Origin: Catajapyx aquilonaris
Lineage: Eukaryota
Length of the DNA: 64,000 nt
Direction: 5' to 3'
Assembly: GCA_000934665.2 (NCBI GenBank)
Contig: KZ538274.1
Coordinates: forward strand, 1-64,000
Position numbers and translations under genes: made by a program. The notes beneath the pieces were generated by a model. That model was not told the origin of the DNA and ran no database searches. It saw only the letters and a program-made list of their open reading frames with translations. This document shows positions 14,173 to 26,636 of the stretch, piece after piece (the stretch's first letter is position 1; each line of letters starts with the position of its first letter).

Positions 14173-16496
14173 TATTGCAATAAAGACGATGGTTTTCGAA
14201 AAAATTATGTTTAGAATAAAGTTGCAACCCATGTAATTTCTTGCATGTAACGGAGCGACATAATTATGCAGGATAATAATGGTGCGTGAATATTCCAATA
14301 TTTACTAACGGTAACCCTTAATGACACTGAACCAGAATGCATCTCATGGGAATTTTAAATATTACAACAAAATTTTTGTATGTTTTCTGCAGGAACTTTA
14401 ACTTGGTGACTTGGAGTGTGTGGTTTACTCGAGTGTACTCCCCAACACCATCGAGACACCTCTTCCAGTAGGTGCTGGACTAAACGTCCAATACTTTTGC
14501 CTCTGACACCTCTACTAGAGAAATCTCCGTCGGTTATCGCCGAAATGCCAGAACACCGGGCCTAGCTTGGGACCATGTCTCACTAGTATTGGAGAGGAGA
14601 TTTGAATAATCAATGCACTCCAAAACATTATTTTACCCCTAAATTTTCACTCCATCTCCTTTTAACCCTCCTTGTAGCGTTTGGACCCTAAGAGATCTAG
14701 GTGAGGTTCCTTTTTGAAATACCTTCCGGATCTCGTGCCCCATTCAGATATCTACCAAATTGGGTTCACTAGTAGGCTAGACATGCCCAAATTTTTAGCA
14801 TATTTTTTCCCTAGAATTATTCATAATGATGTCTGCATACGATTGACTGGCTCACTTTCATCTGAATGAACATTGTAATTGCCTCCACCGTCACACGTAC
14901 ATTATTCGCTTTCTGTTACCATGCAGTGGATGAAAAGGGCCATCAACGTGAATGTAAAGGTAATACAGAAGAAAATTGTAACTCTCTGGGGAAGTTGCTA
15001 CCTGCCGCGCTTTCTTCCGAAGACTGTAGGCTTGAATTAGTCTGAGGTGTTTTGTAACCTAATTTGCCAAAAATATACAAGGAAGTACTTGGAACATTAG
15101 AATGAAGTATTAATAAGAGCGTGAGTGTATTTTCATTACGCAGCCCACTTTGCAAAGTAACTTAGAAATTATACAAGGTCATGTTTCCAGTGGGAAAGAG
15201 CGGAGTGGTATAATAAGGTTGCTGCAGGTGCTTTGTTGTTTCATGGCTTCAGTAAGCTATATTAGATACCAAAGTGAAAAGTTTTGGACAATATGTTTTA
15301 ATGTCGCTATAAGTTTTTGTCGAAAGAATTTACTACTTTACGTTGAAAAGGAATTGTCGCATCAGCCTGTAATGTACAGTGCGTGCTCAGAGAGAACATA
15401 AAAAACCAAGCTCATGTGTGATGTTCCACAACTGAAAAGAACCATTAGCAGTAACAGTAAAGCTCCGTCATGCCATCAGCCATCCTAGAAAATTATGATG
15501 CGTGGACATGCTTTCTTTTTTTTCCACTTTTCATATGCATTAGGTTACTAATGCAATACAGGGACGTTACTTTGTCGCTTGTCAGTTTATTGTCACCGCT
15601 TTAAACTCCTGCCATTTCGAAAGTTTCTACATGACATGGCTGGTTTGACGAACCAACAAGTTCAGGTCAGTAGAGTTTTATAAACATTGACAAACACTCA
15701 ACAGCTATATTGATAACAATAGGTGGCCCCTTCGGGCTTCTGCTCAATTACAGATGATGGCAAGGACCGCTGCTAGTAACTAATCTTCCAGAAGCTTTGC
15801 CATGGGTTACCATGGTTACTAGTTGTTTACAATTATTGACGACTCTAGCAGGCTGACGAAAAACCAACTCGATATTACGAAACAATTCTTAGCCGTACAT
15901 CTCAGAGGCTATATTAAATTGATCACATTGTTTTACAATTTCGAATTTTTATTAGCGGTCTGCATGATTGAATAGTCCTAATATCCAACCACGAGAGCAA
16001 AAGGCTAGTCGTGTGCACAAGCATTTTTTGATTGGACGTTCAAAGGCATTGGGCAGGTAGCAGAAGGGCATTTACCCACTTCTCAAAAGCCCTTCCTGTA
16101 GGCATGAAAGGGGGGGGGGGGAATCTTTTCCCCCCCTCCCCTTAACTCCCACCATTATGAAGTGAATAGACCCTTATCTGCCCAACCGCTTCCCCAAGGC
16201 TCCTTTTTTACATACTTGGCTTTACTTCAAGTTGACATCCAGCAGACTGCCGTGCATCGCCTATGATCAGGACCGCTTCTAAAAGCGTTACAGTCGCGCG
16301 ATAGGCGCAATTAAAAAGGGTCTATTTCAAGTGCCAGCTACAATCAATAAAGCGGATAGTGGACTGGGGTCATTGTACGGAACAGTCAGAATTCGGTCAT
16401 AAAAATTGCTACTTGGGAACCTATTTTTAGACCATTTCGTCTAAATATGTGTACTATGCGGATATAATTTGCTGATTTTATTTATGAAGAATTATA

Positions 16497-16749
16497 CAGG
16501 GTGTTAATCCTAAGCGTGTCACCAGAAAAGGTGGTGGTTGAGGGCGCAGGTGTGAGCATTTTTGCATAAGGAACTAGGGGTCGGAAACGCACCCTCACCG
16601 AGTTACGACCCTTTCAAGAGTGCGGCGACACGCGGCGGAGTGACTCGGTGAGGGTGCGTTTCCGATCCCTAGTTCCTTATGCAAAAATGCTCACACCTGC
16701 GCCCTCTACCACCACCTTTTCTGGTGACACGCTTAGAATTAACACCCTG
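16497..16749. mobile_element. Fold-back MITE, Tc1/mariner-type ends (CAGGGTG), TA target duplication
   Basis: About 110-bp near-perfect inverted arms flanked by TA. Confidence 0.9.
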
Positions 16750-19700
16750 TATACCTCAGCCTATATGTTCTGTGGGAATCAATGAAGAGGCCGCAATTGG
16801 AATGGGAGCAACTGGAATAGCAACTGGAATAAAAAAGGAAATGGAGACAGTGAGACAGACAAATGTGGCAATTGAAGATGTTCCGTCAGCTCCATTCCCT
16901 ACCACTCCTATCCCCACAAATGAAACCAAGCGAAGGCAACCTCGACTTGTAACACTCTTGACTTAAAGATCCGGAGGTGTAGTCATTTGATTCCATCCCC
17001 ACCCATCGTCTCCCGACGTCTGATTCCCACAAAAAGCAGTCGACGGTGACGTCACCGACACGTCGGATGGTGCGGATCTGCTGCTGCTACTACTGCTACT
17101 GCTGCTGGGATAACGATCCGGAGATGGAGTAGCCCGAGCTGTTCTGGATGCTGGCCATTTTTGGGGGGGTGTGGTGTTCTGGTCGGGTGGGGTTGGAACA
17201 GGGGGGGAAGGGGTGCAGGGGGGGCAGAGGGGGGATAATGTCCCGACCAATAGGAGAACCCGGCTGGAAACTGGGTCATCCATTACTCCCAGCCAGAAAT
17301 TCCCTGCAATTGTCAATGAAGATTTGCCGCATTATTCTACCTACCCTTGGCTATGGGGGGTGGAAGGAATGGGTGGCTTTTAGGATAATCTACAGGGTGA
17401 GGCAGATGTTTTTACGGTTTTGACCATGAAATGGCGGAAGTGAAGGTGATCGTTTAGAAATTGGGGTTTGGCCGAGTGAACGTGTACGTTCACGTGGTAC
17501 CGGTACTGCTTGGTTTAGCTATGATTGAATATCACATTGAAAATTAAAGACAACAATCACATGTGGTCAGTGACAAATGTGTTTTAATATAATGGGCTAC
17601 ATGTAGGCTACCGATAGCGCAACAAATTATGGACTGCTGTAGGCTGTTGCACTGCCACGCCATACCGATCTGTCCCTGTTGCTATCTCTCAGTGCTCACG
17701 TTGTAGCCGTCATCGGGAGTACTGTGCCACATCAATCCTATACATCGCTGCGCCCTACTGCACCAGCTTGCGGTACCTCTCATCTGGAAGCGGAAGTTCC
17801 AGCAAAAACTATTGGATGGCATGAACTACTGTATAGTATGCCATTTCTATCCTACGCGCTGTACATTATTATTATTATCAATGTTTCGGAGGCTATTAAA
17901 ACACAAAAGGTATCACTGACCTTTCTCTTGCTCTCGGGAATTCCAAGGCGGCCTTTCGGTACATCATTTCATCTACTACTTGCAGAATCCAAGAATTGTC
18001 TTGTACAGTATGTTGCTATGACAGTCCTGTCCGGCAGTGTATACCATATCAGATGTCTCAGTTTGCTTATCCACGAAGCATGGTGGAATATGCCGAAACT
18101 TATCTAACTATCATTGTAACATGTCTGCGGAATAAGAAAGTCGCTAAGATAATGAAACATTATTTAGAAATTGCTGTACAAATTGGCTTCTTATGTCATC
18201 ACAAAATAATTGTGTATCACCTTAATTCATGGATTTTTTTCATAATATTGTAGTCAAAAGCTTATTTATAATGCAGTACATTTACGAGCATGGGATATAG
18301 CTTATACTGCATCTGATATCGGAATGTGAGAGTTTCATGCATATTTTAGAAGATGAAGTAGCATACCATAACACACTAAAAGGTTAACTCGCATAACAAA
18401 TGCACGCATGTGCATAAACCATTCACACAGGCTATACTATTATTCACCATTCTGAATGATTTTGATCATATGGCACATGGTCTGTTTATGCAGTAGTCCA
18501 AAGGAAATCAATTTGCTCAACTTAGTGAACACCTTCATGTAATGGGTGCATTGAGTGAATTGATTATGCATGAATGCGAATATATTGATGCAATTTGATA
18601 TGCACCAGTCTGAGTCGAAGACAATAATGAGAAGTGATGAATAATTTCCATTTGACCTCTTCCTGCATGAATATTAGAAATGCGTCAATATAGGCACGTA
18701 TCGAAGTTATTGAAAGATTTTATTCACTTTTATAATATTTGCTTAGCTGTTCACAGTAGATAAAAATGTGCAGACAACGGATTCCTTTATCGAATGAACA
18801 ACTAGCGCGAGTTCTAGACGTTTAAAACGTTCAGTGTGTCTAGGTTTGTAGGACATGTGTCGCACTGGGGATCAGAAAATGTGGGTTTGAGTTTCGTCTA
18901 GGATCGTAGGTTAATAAAATGAAAAGTCCGGGATGGATACCGGTAGTGCTCCGGTGTAGATTCTGTAGAAGACAACTTTCTTCCATTAGCATTCGGATGA
19001 ATGAAGGTGGTAGAGGATTGGGGGGGAGGGGGAGAGAGAACTGAATAGATAGGATGGTACCTGGAAGCAGTATATGCGTTAAATTGTTAATTGCGTTGTT
19101 AATTATTTATATATTAATGTTTATGATCCCGCAGAAAAACGTACTCACCAAGTTCGGAAATGAGTGTAAATTTAATTCATATATAATTAATTAGAAATTA
19201 ATTACACCCATACCACCCCATACTACAGAATTACAGTTAATTCAAAGGTATGTTATTTACCCACATGCGTGCAAGTATTTTGTGTACGTGCAGATCATTA
19301 TTCATGCGTGTGTATCATTATTTGTTCGACTGCTTTTCCCACTGAATAATTATTCAATCATATGAATACACCTGTGCGATTTTCTGCACGAAACAGCTTT
19401 ATTGACATTCCAAATTTCATGTACCTATGAAATATTTTGATGAAAATAAAATTTTAGTGCAATTTTTTACGCCGTACCGCATACCTGGAAGTAACAGTCG
19501 CAGGACCTTGTAAAAGGCAAACTAACGTAATTTAGTAACGACCTATTTTTACCTACTTTTATGACAAAAAGTTGCAATCAGGATATTAATAGGTCTTGTA
19601 CTGTACACTACCGTCTGTAGAAAATGGAATGGATATAATGGGATTTGTTTCACGTGAAATTGTCCTGGCATGATTTGATTCAAGGAATTTCTTATAGGAG

Positions 19701-21742
19701 ACAAAGGACGCGTGAAGTTGCTTGATTATCTGATTTCTGAGGCCGCGTGTTGCTAATGGAGACTATTACATTACTAAAAGTTAGCTGAACTGCGGAAGTC
19801 CCAATCCGGATACGGAGATGGCCACGTGTCTCAAGGCACACGTGTACATACGTAGTAGTAGGTGCTACTGGGTGGGATGCCCTTTTAGAGAGGAAGAGAA
19901 ATTTTTACGTGGGTTCTAACTTCATTATTCGTCTCAATTAAGAATTGTCAATCAAACGTCTATTAGTATGTCACTCTGGTTTTAAAATTTCTCGACCCTC
20001 CCATTATATGCCACGCACATTCACGTTATGCCCGACTCCCCACTTCAAAATAACTTTTTGGGTATTCCTGAGCGGTGTCATCACAGTAGGCAATCTTGTG
20101 TATTCAGTTTATTATTATTGAAGAAATATCTGGCATGTACTACAAATGCTGTTGCTGGGTTTTGACTCATTTAAAATGCACTACCTTGTACTATCCTGAG
20201 TTAGAAAGACAAACGTGCCCTAACTTGTAATGGTACAAAGCGGACAGTTTATGCTCGTCTGATGCATAAAGAAAGAAAAGTCCTCTCGAGATTTGCTACT
20301 GCTTATAGAGCCGTTATTTTACTGCTTCTTGGGGAACTCTTTACTGGTCTGAAATTTTTACGTACAGCCCATTAACGCTGCCAATAAAATACTCCCGCGA
20401 TTTAAGCTCCTGCCCCAACCGCGAGATTTAGTTTGCACCAGTGTTCCTCAAATCTGAAGAAAAAGGCTTGCAAGAGGACATATTTCACTCTGAGAAATGG
20501 TGATTCATTAGTGACGCCTATTCATTAATTTCAGGAATGTGGACAGAATAACAGACCATAAGGTCACTAAATGGGTGTGCACTTGATGTGAAAACAAATG
20601 TGGTGGAAGAGGGGAACTGTAAAATATTTGAAAGCTTTTCACTGTTTTTATCATTAGAATTATTAGTTACTGTATGTGCTTGCTTGTACAACAAACGTGT
20701 AAACTACATTAATTTCACGGTTCGTAACCTGATATTATGTCCTACTGTGTACACAGAGGTGAGCGGTGTAGGCTTTGGATTGCTTTTGCGTGTCGTGTCA
20801 CCTACTACTTTTCAATCGTGTTTGACTGTACCCTACTGTAGTATATACACAGTACAGTGCGTTTGTAAGTATGTCAACCGTGGCGAAATACTTGGATCTC
20901 GTGTCATACGACCATTGAGGAAAAGTGACTCTGATTATCAAAGAGCTAATTGCTGTGTATTAATAGTGTGCAATCTACAGTATTGAGAGTTGTGAAGTAG
21001 GAACTTGTAAAGGTAATTACTGCGATTTCTTTATATAAATTTTTTACGCCGCATTAACTTATTATAGTAAATCATATTCACGTGCCACAGATTACGCTTC
21101 GCTTCTAACCAATGTTCCAGCAACATAACCTGTTCAAGGTTAATTTATAGATCCTTATTATCGGTACCGACGTCATGAAGTGCGTACCAATTGAAGCAGA
21201 AAAAAATCTAACGGACGAGGGATCAATCTCATCAACGGTTTCATTAAATTCATTCACCATAGTTACTTGACTTTGCTTGCAATGCACTATGCAATGTACT
21301 ATCGGGTTCCATTAGTTCCGGCCACTTTATCCTGGTCTTGAAACAACCCTTACACACACCTCCTCACCGTGGGGCCTGTGCGAAGGGTTACTTCAAAGTA
21401 CGTTGCCCCTGAAATTTAGGCATCCTGTTGGACAGTTGAAGCACTTTGGTTGCCTATAGGTAAGGATGACTTCAAGGCTATTCGCTCGGTGTTACTTCGG
21501 AAAACAGATTGCATATGGCTGCATTGTGTGAGAGGAATTTAGGTGGGTGATCTCGTACGTTATTTAGATGAGGTTCTATATAGTTGAGCTGTTCATCTCT
21601 TCTGTTTTGCTTGTAAAACCTTATGGTCCGGGCATAAAACTGCCGCAACAAATGGCCCATCTGAGTAGAACGACTTTGCAACAGTGAAGTGCCTGCTTCA
21701 ATATGGGTCAAATTTGCGACCCGGATCTTGTGTTCGTACTAA

Positions 21743-22028
21743 TCTATATAAATAAAGCCGTTTGTGAGTCTGTCTGTCTGCCTCTCTGTCTGTCTATCCG
21801 CCTGCCAACCGTCATTTGCCTGCCATCTGTGCTCCACCCCCAGGCCGGGAGAGGATGGAGGTGTTGGGGGGTTAACTACAGATGGCAGGCAAATGACGGT
21901 TGCCGTTATACAGGCGGCACGCAGGCGGGAGAGGTTGAAGGTGTTGGAGTAGCAGGACCACAGATGGCATTGGTGGGCGGACACACAGAATTTATTTCTT
22001 CCCGGGCAAAGCCGGGTGCCGCAGCTAG
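21743..22028 (+). mobile_element. Non-autonomous Helitron-like element, copy 2
   Basis: A|TCTATATAAATAAAG start, hairpin at 22001-22016, CTAG|T end. Confidence 0.87.
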
Positions 22029-22721
22029 TCGTGAATAATAGTGAAACTAAAAGTGGTGAAATCATTAATTGCTAAAAGTTGGCTATGGTAGTACAGTACG
22101 TAGTAAATGGTTACTCTGTTGAGTAAGATCAGCACATGACGCCGTATTGTCTGGGCTTGAAACTTGTTAGAAAAAAACATGTCTAGACTGCTGCAACGCT
22201 TCAGCAGAGTTGCTGCTGTCCATTACCATGATGAGGAGTGGCTGCCATCACACTATCACAGTTTGGACACAATGTTACACTGACCTACTTATTAGCCCAT
22301 ACCCAACAATTGCAAAATTCAAGGTTGTACGCACAGTTTTTTGACCTTTATTAAGCCACATAACAGGAAATGAAGGAAGAAAGGGTAGAGGTGGATGGTC
22401 ACGTGCGGATAGCGGACAAGTCAGACAGGTTGAATGGTATGGCTAGGGGGAGGTAGGGGGGGTCCGGCTAGGAAGGTTCATTCAGCGGAGCCATGACTAC
22501 CGCGGCCGGGCGCGCCAAAGCGAGGCGGGGTTACCGTAGCCACGTTGCCATTTTGTCACATCCTCTTAAAAATAAACTGGAGGAATGTCTCGTACACTAC
22601 TTAGTAAGAAATATGGAGGAAATTAGGCCATGGGCAATGTGGTAAAAAAGATGTGCGCACGCAATGCGTGTGGAATGCGGTAAAGTTAGGAGGAATAGCT
22701 TTGGGGGGGGGGGTCTGGAAA

Positions 22722-22978
22722 NNNNNNNNNNNNNNNNNNNNNNNNNNNNNNNNNNNNNNNNNNNNNNNNNNNNNNNNNNNNNNNNNNNNNNNNNNNNNNN
22801 NNNNNNNNNNNNNNNNNNNNNNNNNNNNNNNNNNNNNNNNNNNNNNNNNNNNNNNNNNNNNNNNNNNNNNNNNNNNNNNNNNNNNNNNNNNNNNNNNNNN
22901 NNNNNNNNNNNNNNNNNNNNNNNNNNNNNNNNNNNNNNNNNNNNNNNNNNNNNNNNNNNNNNNNNNNNNNNNNNNNNN
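22722..22978. other. Assembly gap (N run) flanked by G tracts
   Basis: Run of N. Confidence 0.99.
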
Positions 22979-24484
22979 GGGGGGGGGGGGGGGTACTTTT
23001 AACTTTTGACTCTAGGGCATCGGGACATTAAAATGGGGGTACAAAGGGCACGGGTTTGATACAATATGCATAATGTTGGTGTTGTGGGATTTAGGGAGCG
23101 TTGTTGTTGGGGGGTATTCATGGAACGGCGTGGTTTGCAGGTGGCAAAATGTCAAGTGTGTGTGCTGGTGATATGCGACAATATTGTGCAACTGCATCGG
23201 TTTTGATGACACTTCCTATGATACACAATTTGTTTTTGAAAAATTAAGTAAAGACAACAATTGTCTTGTACAAGTGTTATGGGTGCAAGGAGCACTAGCA
23301 TTTCAGGGGTTTATGGCTTGTGCTCAGGCTATCAAGAAGGTTAAAGAATGTGTTCACTTTCTATTTGGACTTTCTTCTGAACGAGCCTTTTAAAATTGTA
23401 TGGAGCTCAGAGAATTGTTTGTACAGTAGCTGTAAATATTTTACGTGAAGGAAGAAGTACATTGAAATATAAGCGATGTCAGAATCGGTTGGTTTGTGTG
23501 AAATGGACCTGATCTCACCACCATTCATCACAACATCATCACCACAATAATGTTGTTGATGATGAATTGATGATGATGATGATGATGTGGCAGTGGGTGT
23601 TTTCTAAAGTGGCGAACACCCACGCGCGCCTAATGAATTATTTACGTAGATAACCACGAACTATTTATTCGCTGCCTGAATTTATTGCGAAAGACTAGAT
23701 AATTACAGCATGTTCTGGCAGCAACGGAACATCTGGACGATAAGATCTGCACACTGGAAGATGTTATTTTGATACCGTTGAACATTACCCTCCGCCTTGG
23801 TTAACCCGGATCTCCACGTAGCATACTGCATATATCACAACTGTATGATCGATTGCCCTTGCCTTGTGAAGTTTGAATATGAGATATGTCCAATTCACTT
23901 TCTATTTACGAATTGAGGATGCTGCAGCTGGCATACCTTGTTGATAAACAGACCATTGTCACGTCAACATCTATTCTGAGACCAACTCTGATAATATAAT
24001 AATTTATAATGATCCCTTATCTAAATTACTCACACCGCACCGGTCTGGTTTCATTATTTTTTAATAATATCACACGTCTACACCTTCAATGCAAACATGA
24101 GTGCAACGTGGAGGAGTAGCCTATGATTGGATTGCGCAGGCAATATAGGAAGTGTGAGAGGAGCTTCCAAGTTTTGTGTGCATTGCAGGTTGGCGGCGGC
24201 GCAGGAGTTCAAACATAATCAGGGCCCCCACTTATTAGCGGTGCTGGACACATGCAAATTGGACTATCCCCTCCTGTGTCTAATTTAGAGTGCGGGTATC
24301 CGGGTTCACAGTATTTACTTGTGTTGCCTTGAGAAGTTTATATTATGTGAGACATGTGTCGAATTGTTGTTATTGGTACTGTTTCCTCCTTTCTTTTCGC
24401 TGATAAAGGTGAGAGTAATTAGGTGGTGGTTATGTTACAATTGTGGTACTTGTGGACTGACACCCGTAAATTGTTGTGTTGCAG

Positions 24485-24730
24485 GTTGGCGGCGGCGCAG
24501 GAGTTCCATCAGGCGGAACTAGGCTTGGGCGGTGGAGGCGGATACGGCTCGGGCTCAGGCTCGGGCTTGGGCTTTGGCGGAGGGCGTAGCCTGGGCCTGG
24601 GCCTGGGCCCTGGGGGAGCCATGGGCAAGAAGAAGGCCCAACTCATCACTGACAAGGAGCCCTCCTCACTATTCATCCTCAGCGATGAAAACTTCATTCG
24701 CCGATACACCAAATTCATCATCGAGTGGCC
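24485..24730 (+). CDS. cac: N-terminal exon LAAAQEF...Gly-rich...[23 protein letters not shown]
   Basis: ttgcag| acceptor; conserved pre-IS1 motif; ends at U12 donor ATATCCTTT. The internal GCCATGG at 24621 could be an alternative start. Confidence 0.93.
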
Positions 24731-26572
24731 ATATCCTTTTCATTTGACACAGCCGTGGTCCAATATTGAAATTTTCGGCCGTGAATATAAATCCCGAGTG
24801 TCATAAGCCTCGAATTGTGCAGTGAAGAATAAGGTCGTTAGGCTAAACTGTAACTGACAACTGCAGATTTCACTGAACTTATTCAGGTGAATGCACTGTG
24901 GCTTGGTAGCAGTACCAGACTTGGCCAGAATCTTGATCCGATATGCTAATTGCAAGTGACATTATTACACTAACTTGATGTCGCAGCATTCCGAACCCTG
25001 ATTAAATTCTAAACAGCCCTTAATTGCTGCAGATGAATGTGACAGCAACAATATTAAGATTATTACTGTAAACCACTATTTCTGTGGCAGACCTTTGAAA
25101 TCTTTTAAATGATAGAAAAATTCTATAGTCTATGGTTTGCCAGCACATTCGCTGAAATGTTCAACTGCGAAGTAGCATCGTTCTTGGCATGAAATGCGAG
25201 ACTCTCCTCGTCAGGACGTGGCAGAGTGCCTGCAAAGGTCAATGCAGAACCTGCTAACCCCGGAAATACTCCCAAGGGTACAAGTTCTTGCTGTGAAGTT
25301 TTCGGCCATTAACCTGCAACAGTATTTCTTATCCCCAGGCTGCTGAATATTTGAGATCATCGATGAAATATTAATAGGGGTATGACTGGAACCAGTAATT
25401 TTACAAGTACTGCATTATTTTCATGTAGCCTTGTTTGCGGATTGCCCCAAAAATTATATCTAAATTTTATTACTTGACACGTACTATGAAAGGATAAAAA
25501 AGGGGGTTTTCTCCATTATGTGCTATCATAAATATTTCCATTTCGAGTAAATAGGCTGGCTTCATAACTGCTTATTGACATTAGTAATCCCCTCAGCCTG
25601 GCGTTTTATCGCCTTCCTATCAGTAGCTATAAAATCGCAAGGAGTGAATAACGACCGGCGCGGCTCACCCCTACGTAAGGCCATGCAGGTTAACTAACCT
25701 AGGGCAACACGAACCGGACTTTTGCTTCAGTTTGTACTGGCTATATGTTTAAATATTGGCAGTACCGCATCTGATTCCATAAAGCAAAAGTGAACGCAAA
25801 CACTCGTCGCTTACATTTCACATCAAACGAAATGAAGTTAAAAGTTTGGACTATTTATTCGACCCCGTTTCGTGCGGGTTTCAAAAATATCGACAGGCTG
25901 TGACTGAAAAGGATAGCATGAAAAAATATCAGATCCGGTATGATTAACGGGGAAATTCCCAAATGAGTCACATCTGCACCAATTGACGTAAAGATGAGAA
26001 TGCAGAGGGGCTATCATAGCACATAGTCGGCACGAACTGGCAACGGCGCCTAGATCGATCTGAGTCTGGCTGCAGTCCACGACTGTACTTCGGATCCAAG
26101 AAAGACCTCGATGGTGGGCAAAGCCCTGGGAATATAAAGTACATGGAAGAAGGTCCAGTTGCAGCGAGTGTTTTCTCCCGCAACTCAGCACGTGATATTA
26201 GGTGCATGCCAAATAGATCGGATCAACCCCTCCCCCTATCTCTACCCACCACTCCCCATTTCCTTTTACTATACCTACCCCCCAATACTAAACTACAAGT
26301 TATAGTACGCGATCTGTATGCGGGACGTGCTTTTTTATGCAGCTCCAAGTCCAATTCGGGCTTATGACCTCACTCACCACATCAGGAATTAATGAAGGGG
26401 CTCTCGCAGGCCTGAATTTTTTAAAGTTATTGAAAGTCCGAAGTAAGTGGTTAAGGTGGGGACAACAAGCTGGACGGTTAGGTGGTTTTTGTGTGGCTCA
26501 GATTAGGAGGCTTGTTTGTACAGTCACGATGTTGTGGTTTGAGTCGTGGGAAGTGCTGTCTGCAGCAGCAGC

Positions 26573-26636
<64 letters not shown>

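Noticed and set aside
490..24000. Many short ORFs in the six-frame track
   Set aside because: Low-complexity or random-looking translations, several driven by microsatellites, G runs or N runs; no recognisable domains.
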